This document shows, one piece after another, positions 32,959 through 41,553 of a stretch of 64,000 bases of DNA (position 1 is its first letter; each line of letters starts with the position of its first letter). A model generated the notes under the pieces. The model did no database searches. It saw only the letters and a list, made by a program, of their open reading frames with translations, and was not told where the DNA came from. Source of the DNA: Dehalococcoidia bacterium. GTDB taxonomy: Bacteria > Chloroflexota > Dehalococcoidia > Lucifugimonadales > JAGWBF01. A program made the translations under genes and the position numbers. The DNA lies in contig CBDCZB010000004.1 of assembly GCA_965224415.1 (NCBI GenBank), forward strand, positions 801,660 through 865,659, in the 5' to 3' direction.

Positions 32959-34788
32959 ATGACCAAGACCAACCGCATAGGCCAACGGCTCACCGTAGAC
33001 CTGATACGCTGGGGCGATTCGGGAGATACGATAGCCCACTTAGACGGCGAGGATCTCCACGTCCTAGGAGGAATCCCAGGAGAGGAAGCTGTCGTCGAAA
33101 TTATCCGAGACCGGAAAGGGAGGGTTGCAGCCCAGGTGATGCAGACCCTAACTGAGTCCCCTGACCGGAGACTTCCGCCTTGTCCCTACTTCGGCCCTTG
33201 CACCGGGTGCCAGTGGCAGCACGTCGAGTACCGTCGCCAGCTAGAGATTAAGCGAGAAGCGGTGATAGCGGCCCTCGCCCAGGTCGGTCTGCCGGAAGCT
33301 CCGGTCGCGCCCACATTGGCCTCGCCGGAGGAGTTCGACTACCGGAACCACGCCCGTTTCACCGTCGGGCGAAAGTGGGGAGAGCTTGGTTTTGTCAACC
33401 GTGAGAGCAGGCGATTTATTCCGGTAACAAGCTGCATGTTGATGCAGCCTTGGATCAACCAAACGCTGGCCCACCTGCAGCGCAAGGCTGCCGAGACCTC
33501 TCAACTGTCCATCAGGTACGGGATGGAGTCGGGCGACTACCTGATACAGCCCCGGCTGAAGAACCCGGACATCGAGGTTGAATCGGGCCAGCCGCACTAC
33601 ACCGACATCATAGAGGGCCGCAGATTCCGGGTCGCAGCCTCTTCATTCTTCCAGGTGAACCCCAAGCAGGCGGAAGCTCTTGCCCGTCTTGTGAGAGACG
33701 GCCTGCGGCTCACCGGACAAGAGACGGTGGTGGACGCCTACGCTGGCGTCGCCGCCTTTGCCGTACTTGTGGCTGACCGCTGCCGCAGAGTCATCGCCAT
33801 CGAGGAATCGGCGTCGGCCATTAAAGACGCCGAGAGCAATATCGGAGGAGTGGACAACATAGAGTTGGTCCAAGCCAAGACGGAGGATGTCCTCGGCGGG
33901 ATGTCTCACCCGCCGGACGGCGTGGTCCTGGACCCGCCAAGGGCCGGCTGCCATCCCAGGGTACTGGATGCCCTCACTGACCTCAAACCCCGCCGTATTG
34001 TCTACGTTTCTTGCGAACCCGCCACGTTGAGCAGAGACTTGGCGGCTCTGTGCCAAGGGCCTTTCCAGCTGGAGTCAGTCCAGCCCGTGGATATGTTCCC
34101 CCAGACCCACCACGTGGAATGTGTGGCCGTGCTGGCCCTCCGAGACTCGGCGCCACAACCCAACGAGCCGGCCGTGAACCTTGTCCCCGTCCTCGCATCC
34201 ACGTCCCCACGCCGCAGGGAGCTTATGAGGCGAATGGGGAAAGCTTTTGACGTTGCGTGTCCCTCCGTCAACGAGGACGCTCTGCCCGGGGAGTCACCGT
34301 CTCACTTAGTGGAGCGGCTGGCTCTGGCAAAGGCCCGAAGCGTTCACGGCGACCAGTGCGACAGAGTCGTAATCGGGGCCGACAGTGTGGTGGTTCTGGA
34401 CGACCGGATTCTTGGCAAACCCGGAAGTTCGGACGACGCCCGCTCCATGCTGACGGCGTTGAGGGGCCGGGATCACGAGGTTTACACCGGAGTGGCCGTC
34501 GTAGGGCCAAATGGTGAAGCGGTTTCCAGCAAACGCAGCCGAGTCGTGATGCGGGAATACTCCGATGCGGAGATGGAGGCCTACGTCCTCTCAGGAGAGC
34601 CGATGGACAAGGCGGGCGGCTATGCCATACAAGACCAACACTTCCGCCCAGCTTCTCTTTTGGAAGGCTGTTACAATAACGTCATGGGGCTGCCCACCTG
34701 CCTGCTGGCGGACATGCTGGTCAAAGCGGGGTTGCCGCCTCACACGGTGGAGCGTCCGCCGGAATGCGCAAATTGCCCGGTAGAGTGA
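32959..34788 (+). CDS. Fusion protein: RlmD/RumA-family (uracil-5-)-RNA methyltransferase + Maf nucleoside-triphosphate pyrophosphatase
   Basis: The N-terminal ~430 aa carry a TRAM-like start, the Fe-S Cys cluster CPYFGPCTGCQWQH, SAM motif VVDAYAGVAAF and the catalytic region YVSCEP. There is no stop before the Maf module LASTSPRRRELM...GADSVVVLDDRILGKP...DKAGGYAIQD...NVMGLP. I checked codon by codon across the junction (34141..34260). Confidence 0.7.
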   Translation: MTKTNRIGQRLTVDLIRWGDSGDTIAHLDGEDLHVLGGIPGEEAVVEIIRDRKGRVAAQVMQTLTESPDRRLPPCPYFGPCTGCQWQHVEYRRQLEIKREAVIAALAQVGLPEAPVAPTLASPEEFDYRNHARFTVGRKWGELGFVNRESRRFIPVTSCMLMQPWINQTLAHLQRKAAETSQLSIRYGMESGDYLIQPRLKNPDIEVESGQPHYTDIIEGRRFRVAASSFFQVNPKQAEALARLVRDGLRLTGQETVVDAYAGVAAFAVLVADRCRRVIAIEESASAIKDAESNIGGVDNIELVQAKTEDVLGGMSHPPDGVVLDPPRAGCHPRVLDALTDLKPRRIVYVSCEPATLSRDLAALCQGPFQLESVQPVDMFPQTHHVECVAVLALRDSAPQPNEPAVNLVPVLASTSPRRRELMRRMGKAFDVACPSVNEDALPGESPSHLVERLALAKARSVHGDQCDRVVIGADSVVVLDDRILGKPGSSDDARSMLTALRGRDHEVYTGVAVVGPNGEAVSSKRSRVVMREYSDAEMEAYVLSGEPMDKAGGYAIQDQHFRPASLLEGCYNNVMGLPTCLLADMLVKAGLPPHTVERPPECANCPVE

Positions 34789-34792
34789 TGCA

Positions 34793-35065
34793 TTGAACTT
34801 TTTCGGAATGGGGCCCTTCGAGCTTCTGGTGGTCATGGCCGTTGCCCTGGTGGTGCTGGGGCCAGGGAAGACCATCGGAATGGCCCGAACCGTAGGCAAA
34901 GTGTTCGGGGAGGTGCGTCGCGCATTCACCGACCTTTCCAGAATGGCCGAGGAAGAGGAACGGAACATAAACCAAGAGCCCCCTTCTAACCGTCAGACCG
35001 GCGCCGAAGACGGCGCACCCGCCAGACAAGCCGCCAAGGACTCGGAGGCTGAGGAGGAGCGTTGA
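34793..35065 (+). CDS. Twin-arginine translocase TatA/TatB-family protein
   Basis: FGMGPFELLVVMAVALVVLGPGK TM-hinge motif followed by an amphipathic helix and an acidic tail. 4-nt overlap with tatC. TTG start (or ATG 34808). Confidence 0.8.
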   Translation: MNFFGMGPFELLVVMAVALVVLGPGKTIGMARTVGKVFGEVRRAFTDLSRMAEEEERNINQEPPSNRQTGAEDGAPARQAAKDSEAEEER

Positions 35066-35817
35066 GGGACCAAGAACAGTCCCTGACTGCGCACTTTCGA
35101 GACCTCCGCAAAAGGGTCCTCATATCCGGTGCAACGGTGGTGATTACTACCATCGTGGCCTTCAGTTTTCACCAGCAGATAATCGAGGCGCTGCTGGAGC
35201 CGGTGGGGTTGGAAGCTGCCACGGGAGGCGAGGCCGGCCTGATCTCTACGGAGTTGACCGAGACGTTGGGCGTCACTCTCAAGGTGTCCTTCGTGGCGGG
35301 CCTGGTGGGCGCCTTCCCGATGGTGCTGTACCAGATAATCCTGTTCGTCGCCCCTGGTTTGACGCCCAGGGAACGCCGGTACCTGTTCTCCTTCATTCCT
35401 GGGGCCGCGCTTGCCTTTGCGGGAGGCGCAGTCTTCGCGTACTACGTGCTGATTCCCCGGGCTATCGATTTTCTCATCGGATGGGGAACAGACCTGGCCA
35501 CACCGCAGATCCGCATATCCAACTCGGTGAGCATCGTAGTGAGGCTGCTGTTCTGGATGGGCGTAGTGTTCGAGACGCCCTTCGTGATGTTCCTGCTGGC
35601 AAAGCTTGGAATAGTCTCGGCCAAAGGTTTCGCCAGATGGCGGCGCCATTGGATTGTCGTGGCGTTCATCATAGGCGCCTTCATCACGCCCACCATCGAT
35701 CCCATCAGCCAGTCTCTGGTGGCGGCGCCCTTAATTCTCCTCTACGAGGGGGGCATCCTTCTGGCCAAGTTTGCAGCCAGGGGCCGCGAGCCTGCCCCGG
35801 AACCCGCGGGATCATAA
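35062..35817 (+). CDS. tatC: Twin-arginine translocase subunit TatC
   Basis: 251 aa and six predicted TM segments. LTAHFRDLRKRV N-terminus and a PGL..RE motif (VAPGLTPRERRY) are typical of TatC. Confidence 0.9.
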   Translation: MRDQEQSLTAHFRDLRKRVLISGATVVITTIVAFSFHQQIIEALLEPVGLEAATGGEAGLISTELTETLGVTLKVSFVAGLVGAFPMVLYQIILFVAPGLTPRERRYLFSFIPGAALAFAGGAVFAYYVLIPRAIDFLIGWGTDLATPQIRISNSVSIVVRLLFWMGVVFETPFVMFLLAKLGIVSAKGFARWRRHWIVVAFIIGAFITPTIDPISQSLVAAPLILLYEGGILLAKFAARGREPAPEPAGS

Positions 35818-35856
35818 GGGCCGGGACATCTCTGCCCTTGCTCGAACGTTGCTCTG

Positions 35857-36741
35857 TCACCAGTTTCTTAGGATGTGGTCCGCTATGTCTATAGCGATAG
35901 GAGCCCCTCGTTGATTACTGGCGGCAAAAAACAGCTCGAACATTGGGGAGTTTTTGGAGTTTGTAAACGCCCGACTGGTAGGAGCGATTTCAACGAACAC
36001 GGATTTCAGTCGGTCTCGATATAGACCGGCTATCTGCTCGACGCCAGACCGTCTTTCTTGCCTAGGTTCCTCGTCGAAGAAAGACAGCTGTGGAGAAGGG
36101 CTATACATGGTTTCCCAGTATTGACGGCCTCCGAAGATCCTGTCTAATCGGCTTGCTAATTGTGGAGATGGCTCACTACCTCTGGGCATCATCCGGGAAA
36201 TAGCCATTAACGGGAACAATATCCAGCAATCAACCCTTTCAGTCCAAGCCAGCGTTTCCATGGTTTCCCAGGAAACCTCAGTCGCAAACGGGTCCAAGAA
36301 CACAACTGCACAATCTAGAGCATGTAACTCGCCACAGAACTCAACCAACGCCGGATTGGCGTCTTCGTTTCTCACGGAGATGTCTCGCTTCGGATATTCC
36401 GTCCTCAACTGCTCCAGTGAATCTGAGCGACCTCGGTCCTTTTCGACGAATACGAGTTGGTCGAAGGGTTTGTCGTGTATTCCTAAAGCGATTCTTGGCG
36501 ACCCGTTATGCAACTCTCGGAAGTCATCATAGTCGTCGTATCCGTACCCTGAAGGCAGATGGAATGACCCTTCTCCAGCAAATGCATCAACGTAAATCAA
36601 ACGAAACTGAGTGTTCTTCAACGCAGTGGTGTAGGCGTCCAGATATCGCCTGAGTATTTCCAATTTTTCCAGCGTCCATTGTCCGCCGAAAGACATTTGG
36701 GCCACGGAACTTATTAAACTCCGACCGGCATTTGGCGCCAT
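35857..36741 (-). CDS. Three-Cys-motif partner protein TcmP-like (RsmD-like methyltransferase fold suspected)
   Basis: GGQWTLEKLEILRRYLDAYTTAL...LIYVDAFAGEGSF...FVEKD...VVFLDPFA. Matches my recollection of the TcmP family that pairs with Gp37/Gp68 proteins. 28-nt overlap with the upstream DUF5131 gene. Confidence 0.65.
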   Translation of the reverse strand: MAPNAGRSLISSVAQMSFGGQWTLEKLEILRRYLDAYTTALKNTQFRLIYVDAFAGEGSFHLPSGYGYDDYDDFRELHNGSPRIALGIHDKPFDQLVFVEKDRGRSDSLEQLRTEYPKRDISVRNEDANPALVEFCGELHALDCAVVFLDPFATEVSWETMETLAWTERVDCWILFPLMAISRMMPRGSEPSPQLASRLDRIFGGRQYWETMYSPSPQLSFFDEEPRQERRSGVEQIAGLYRDRLKSVFVEIAPTSRAFTNSKNSPMFELFFAASNQRGAPIAIDIADHILRNW

Positions 36742-37466
36742 CGAACGCCGTCTATGATGGCGGCATCACCGCCACGTTTTTTTCTCACCCCGCCAAGCTG
36801 TTTCAGGAAAAACGGCACACCCGCGTGGGTCGATTGGCTAAGCAGATCGCGCGCCCAGTCCAGATCCATGCCCCTTGCGCCCGGCCCGCTTTCCCCACCG
36901 ACTATTACCCACTGCAATGACCCAGCTGAAAGCCACGGACTCAAGTCGATCCGTTCCAGCAACGGCTCAGCGGACACGAACCGTATCGACGCGGGAAGAC
37001 GAGCCAGCACAGTTAGTCTGGGAGCGTATTTCTGGCTTTCGACTGAAGTCCCAATCCACACGTTGGGCGGCCAACCATTCAGAACGCTCTGTCCGCTCCT
37101 TTGCCACCAAGCCACAGCACGGCCAGGTCTCTTAGTCAAGACTTGGAACACGTGGCCATGCGTGGATGCGGCCTCATTCATCACTGAGAACATGTCATCT
37201 ATGAAGCTGAAAGGGACGTCCGGGTGGAACACATCGGCCATGCTATTCACGAAGACATGACGCGGTTTTTTCCAAGACAACGGCGCCATCAATCGCTCAG
37301 GCAAAAGTCGGACATCATCAGGAGCCGTTTCATAACCATGTACTCCCATTGCCCTCAGACGAGGGTATAGAGCAAACATGTAGCAGTGGTCGCAACCAGG
37401 AGACACTCTGCTGCACCCGGTCACCGGGTTCCAGGTTTCATCCGTCCATTCGATCGTGGATGGCAT
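36714..37466 (-). CDS. DUF5131 (phage Gp37/Gp68 family) three-Cys-motif protein
   Basis: IEWTDETWNPVTGCSRVSPGCDHCYM N-terminus (C-x5-C-x2-C), with ...VFVNSMADVFH, WIGTSVE and VSAEPLL...IVGGESGPGARGMD matching the Gp37/Gp68 family layout. Confidence 0.8.
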   Translation of the reverse strand: MPSTIEWTDETWNPVTGCSRVSPGCDHCYMFALYPRLRAMGVHGYETAPDDVRLLPERLMAPLSWKKPRHVFVNSMADVFHPDVPFSFIDDMFSVMNEAASTHGHVFQVLTKRPGRAVAWWQRSGQSVLNGWPPNVWIGTSVESQKYAPRLTVLARLPASIRFVSAEPLLERIDLSPWLSAGSLQWVIVGGESGPGARGMDLDWARDLLSQSTHAGVPFFLKQLGGVRKKRGGDAAIIDGVRWRQMPVGV

Positions 37467-37571
37467 AGGACCCTCACTTTACGGAGGCTACAACCACAGG
37501 CATCTGACAGTTGGTCATTATACCAACGTCGTTTGAATTAGCTCATTAGGTGTTTGTCACCGGCTCTGGGC

Positions 37572-37608
37572 AAAAGAAAACCGCCCGCGCCTGTGGAGGC
37601 CGGGCGGC
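37572..37608 (-). terminator. Rho-independent terminator of tatA (minus strand)
   Basis: On the minus strand: CCGCCCGG-cctccacaggcg-CGGGCGG followed by TTTTCTTTT, ~25 nt after the tatA stop. Confidence 0.7.
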
Positions 37609-37630
37609 TGTGTCTGTGGATTGTTTCGGG

Positions 37631-37843
37631 TTAGTCGGGGTCGTTGGGAGCCGACTTGACCTTGGTTTTTGCTTCGTCGGGATCGGGCTCCGGCTGGTCG
37701 TGGCCCGTGATGGCGTCCTTGAAGGCTCTCATGCTGTGGCCCAGAGAAGAGCCTATCTTGGGCAGTCGAGTCGCCCCGAATATCAGGAGCAACACGACCA
37801 CGATGATGCCAATCTCAGGCAACCCGAGCCCGCCGATCCTCAT
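37631..37843 (-). CDS. tatA: Twin-arginine translocase subunit TatA
   Basis: AAGGAGGAAG RBS before ATG 37843. MRIGGLGLPEIGIIVVVLLLIFGATRLPKIG is a canonical TatA. Confidence 0.9.
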   Translation of the reverse strand: MRIGGLGLPEIGIIVVVLLLIFGATRLPKIGSSLGHSMRAFKDAITGHDQPEPDPDEAKTKVKSAPNDPD

Positions 37844-38110
37844 GACTTCCTCCTTTGACACGGCTACAGGGCGGCCGGCCCTTCAAGACGGCGCCCCAAG
37901 CCTGCATCAATAATAGCAGGGTTTAGACACGACGGGCAACAAGAAGCGGTTCCGATAGCTATGAGAAACGCCCGCCGACAGCCAGAACTCAGGGAAATCA
38001 CATGGCAACAAATATAGCCGCCTTGTGGGGCGCATAGCCGCTTCTGTATAATCTTGACCCAAGCGGCTGCTATGGACAGCCGAGGCTTATACACCGGGCA
38101 AAGGGCGCCG

Positions 38111-39499
38111 ATGGATGAAGAATATTATGACGTAGTCGTAATCGGGGCGGGTCCCGGAGGCTACGTCGCCGCAATCAGGGCCGCCCAACTGGGTCTCAAG
38201 ACCGCAGTGGTCGAGAGAGATGAGTTGGGAGGCGTATGCCTCAACTGGGGCTGCATTCCCAGCAAAGCCCTCCTGAAAAACGCTGAAGTCCTCTCCCTTC
38301 TACATAAGGCAGAGGACTTTGGATTTTATTTCGACAACCTGAAGGTGGACTACTCGAAAGCCTTCGACAGAAGCCGCCTCGTCGTACAGCGAATGACCCG
38401 CGGCATAGGCTTCCTCTTGCGCAAGAACAAAGTCGAGCACGTAAAGGGAGAGGCCGTCCTCCGCGACGCCAACACCGTCGACGTGTCCCCGGATGGGCAA
38501 ACTCTAAAGACCAGGAACGTCATCGTGGCGTCAGGCGCCCGGCCGCGCACCATCCCATCGCTTCCCGTGGACGGAGAATTGGTGCTGGACAGTCGCCACG
38601 CCTTGGAAGCTCGCCAGCTTCCCGAATCGGTCGCCATTGTGGGAGCGGGTGCCGTGGGAATGGAGTTCGCCTACCTCTACAACGCATACGGGGTAAAAGT
38701 CACCGTCGTCGAGGCGCTTCCGAGGGCGTTGCCCAACGAGGACGCCGAAATCAGCGCGGCACTGGAAGACGCCTTGGGAAACTCCGGCGTGAGTTTCATG
38801 TTGGGGTCCCTGGTGTCCGGCATGACCCCAGTGGACGGACGAGCCAAGCTGTCGGTAGACACTCCCGACGGCGCCAAAGAGTTGATGAGCGAAAAGGTGC
38901 TGGTCGCCATCGGAATCCAAGCCAACGTAGAGGGGTTGGGGCTGGACTCGCTGGGCGTCGCTGTGGACAATGGCTTCATTCAGGTGGATGGAAGCATGGC
39001 CACCAACGTGCCCGGGATATACGCCATCGGAGACGTGACCGGAAAACTGGCCCTGGCCCACGTCGCCTCGGCCCAGGGAGCGCTGGCCGCCGAGACCATC
39101 GCCGGAGAAGAGTCCCCACCCTTGGACTACACCTATATGCCTAGAGCGACCTACTGCAATCCCCAAGTCGCCAGCTTCGGACTGACGGAGGAGCAAGCCA
39201 CAGCCGAAGGGTTCGACGTCAAAGTGGGCAAGTTCCCCTTCCAGGCCAGCGGCAAGGCCGTGTCGGCTGGAGAATACACGGGGTTCGTCAAGCTGGTTGT
39301 GGACAAGAAATACGGCGAGCTGTTAGGCGGGCACATGATAGGCCCTGAGGTTACGGAGCTTCTAGCCGAGTTGTCGATGACCAAGATGCTCGAGGGGACA
39401 ACCCAGGAAATGGGCTGGATGGTCCACTCCCACCCAACCCTGTCGGAGACGCTCAAAGAGGCCGCCCTGGCCGCAGATGGTAAGGCCGTCCACATCTAG
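38111..39499 (+). CDS. lpdA: Dihydrolipoyl dehydrogenase (E3)
   Basis: VIGAGPGGY FAD motif, redox disulfide GGVCLNWGCIPSK, C-terminal HAHPTLSE-like (HSHPTLSE). Start taken at ATG 38111. Confidence 0.9.
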   Translation: MDEEYYDVVVIGAGPGGYVAAIRAAQLGLKTAVVERDELGGVCLNWGCIPSKALLKNAEVLSLLHKAEDFGFYFDNLKVDYSKAFDRSRLVVQRMTRGIGFLLRKNKVEHVKGEAVLRDANTVDVSPDGQTLKTRNVIVASGARPRTIPSLPVDGELVLDSRHALEARQLPESVAIVGAGAVGMEFAYLYNAYGVKVTVVEALPRALPNEDAEISAALEDALGNSGVSFMLGSLVSGMTPVDGRAKLSVDTPDGAKELMSEKVLVAIGIQANVEGLGLDSLGVAVDNGFIQVDGSMATNVPGIYAIGDVTGKLALAHVASAQGALAAETIAGEESPPLDYTYMPRATYCNPQVASFGLTEEQATAEGFDVKVGKFPFQASGKAVSAGEYTGFVKLVVDKKYGELLGGHMIGPEVTELLAELSMTKMLEGTTQEMGWMVHSHPTLSETLKEAALAADGKAVHI

Positions 39500-39525
39500 G
39501 CGCCGATCCAGAAAAGAGGTCGCAG

Positions 39526-40503
39526 ATGCAGGTAGAGGAGAAACTTAGCAAGGCCCAGCTGACGGACCTTTACCGCCAGATGGGGCTCATCCGCATCTTC
39601 GAGGAAGAGTGCCAACGACAGTACATGCAGGGCAACATAGCGGGCTTCCTTCACCTCTACATAGGCGAGGAGGCCATAGCCGTGGGAGCTTTGTCCGCTC
39701 TGAGACCCCAGGACTGGGTCCTGACCCACTACCGGGACCACGGCCACGCCCTGGCCAGGGGCATGGAACCAGGAGTCGCTATGGCGGAGCTTTTCGGAAA
39801 GGCCACCGGGTGCAGCAAGGGCAAGGGAGGCTCCATGCACCTCTTTGACGTCTCCAAGAACTTCATGGGCGGCTACGCCATAGTGGGGGGCCAGATGCCC
39901 GTGGCCGCCGGGCTTGGGCTGGCCGCGAAGCTCAAAGGTGAGGACAGGCTGGCTTTGTGCTTCCTGGGAGACGGCGCCTTGAACGAAGGCGAGTTCCATG
40001 AGTCCATGAACCTCGTCGCCATCAGGAAGCTGCCCGTCATATACTTCTGCGAGAACAACCAATACGGCATGGGCGCCTCGGTCTGGGAGACGTTCGCCCT
40101 GGCCGCCGACATCTACAAGCTCGCCGACGCCTACAAGATGCCCGGACGACGGATCAACGGCATGGACGTTCTAGAGGTCAGAGAATCCATGAAGGACGCC
40201 GTGGAGTACGTGTCAGGCGGCGGCGGACCCATATTCATTGAGGCCCAGACCTACAGGTTCCGGGGGCACTCCATCGCCGACCCCGCCGCCTACCGCCTCA
40301 GCTCCGAGGTGGAGGAATGGCTGGCTCGCGACCCTCTCTATTCCTATAGGCAGAAGCTGATGGACCAGGGGATTGCAGACGATGCGGAGCTGGCGGAGAT
40401 TGACGCCGCCAACCTGAAAGCCATCGAGGACGCCGTAGACTTCGCAGCCGCCAGCCCTTTCCCGGACCCATCGGAATTGTTCAAGGACATATACGGAAGC
40501 TAG
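39526..40503 (+). CDS. 2-oxoacid (pyruvate/branched-chain) dehydrogenase E1 alpha subunit
   Basis: ThDP motif GDGALNEGEFHESMNLVAIRKLPVIYFCENNQYGMG. Substrate not assignable from sequence alone. Confidence 0.85.
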   Translation: MQVEEKLSKAQLTDLYRQMGLIRIFEEECQRQYMQGNIAGFLHLYIGEEAIAVGALSALRPQDWVLTHYRDHGHALARGMEPGVAMAELFGKATGCSKGKGGSMHLFDVSKNFMGGYAIVGGQMPVAAGLGLAAKLKGEDRLALCFLGDGALNEGEFHESMNLVAIRKLPVIYFCENNQYGMGASVWETFALAADIYKLADAYKMPGRRINGMDVLEVRESMKDAVEYVSGGGGPIFIEAQTYRFRGHSIADPAAYRLSSEVEEWLARDPLYSYRQKLMDQGIADDAELAEIDAANLKAIEDAVDFAAASPFPDPSELFKDIYGS

Positions 40504-40522
40504 ACCCTCTGAGGAGACAGGG

Positions 40523-41500
40523 ATGCCTGAAATCACCTACAGAGAAGCCGTAAGCACAGCCCTGAGGGAAGCCCTCAACGAGGACCCCCTCACCTTCATC
40601 GCCGGCGAGGACATCGGCCCCTACGGCGGGGCCTACGCCGTCACCAAGGGGTTCACGGAAGAGTTCGGCCCCGAACGCGTCCGTGACGCACCGCTGTCGG
40701 AGTCGGTGATAGTGGGAGCGGGAGTCGGCGCCGCCATGGGGGGCATGAAGCCCATCATGGAAATCATGACCATCAACTTCACCCTCCTGGCCATGGACCA
40801 GATAGTCAACCACGCGGCCAAGATGCGATACATGTCCGGGGGCCAGCTTTCGGTGCCCCTCATCGTGCGCACGGTCACCGGAGGAGGCGCCCAGGTCGCA
40901 GCCACCCACTCCCAATGCTTCGAGGGGTGGTACGCGGCGGTGCCAGGTCTGAAAGTGGTCGTACCCTCCACTCCCCACGACATTCTAGGGCTGTTCCGTT
41001 CGTGCCGGGATGAGGTGGACCCGGTGCTCTTCGTGGAGCACATCCTCCTGTACAGCACGAGGGGCCCCGTCCCGGGCGAACATTACAAGATACCCCTGGG
41101 CAAGGCCGATGTGAAAAGGCCAGGCAGCGACGTGACTATCGTATCCTACTCGCGCATGGTGCACATGGCATTGGAAGCGGCCGAGAAGTTGGCCCAAGAG
41201 GGAATCGACGCCGAGGTGATTGATCTGCGCTGCTTGAGGCCGCTGGACATGGAAACGGTCGTGGAGTCTGTGAAGAAGACACACAGAGCGGTCGTGGTGG
41301 AAGAAACGTGGAAGACCGGAGGTTTTGCGGCGGAGGTGGCTGCTTCCATACAAGAGCAAGCTTTCGATTACCTGGACGCTCCCATCGGCAGGGTGGCCGG
41401 TGAAGAAGCGCCCATGCCATACTCACGGCCTTTGGAGCAGGCCGCCATTCCCAACGGGGACAAAGTGGCAGCCGCCGTCAGATCGATAGTGGCGGGCTAG
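40523..41500 (+). CDS. 2-oxoacid dehydrogenase E1 beta subunit
   Basis: 325 aa with ITYREA...GEDIG..GGAY.VTKG and PLSE..IVG motifs. Follows E1 alpha. Confidence 0.85.
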   Translation: MPEITYREAVSTALREALNEDPLTFIAGEDIGPYGGAYAVTKGFTEEFGPERVRDAPLSESVIVGAGVGAAMGGMKPIMEIMTINFTLLAMDQIVNHAAKMRYMSGGQLSVPLIVRTVTGGGAQVAATHSQCFEGWYAAVPGLKVVVPSTPHDILGLFRSCRDEVDPVLFVEHILLYSTRGPVPGEHYKIPLGKADVKRPGSDVTIVSYSRMVHMALEAAEKLAQEGIDAEVIDLRCLRPLDMETVVESVKKTHRAVVVEETWKTGGFAAEVAASIQEQAFDYLDAPIGRVAGEEAPMPYSRPLEQAAIPNGDKVAAAVRSIVAG

Positions 41501-41553
41501 CGTGTTGTCCGTCTGGGACTGCAACTCCAAAGAGCGCGGCCAAGGAGGTTAGT

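Noticed and set aside
34793-37843. Idea that the DUF5131/TcmP cassette physically split a tatA-tatC operon
   Set aside because: The second tatA is on the opposite strand and has its own RBS and terminator. The tat genes were therefore not necessarily one operon, and I found no flanking direct repeats. I keep only the weaker statement that the cassette lies between them.
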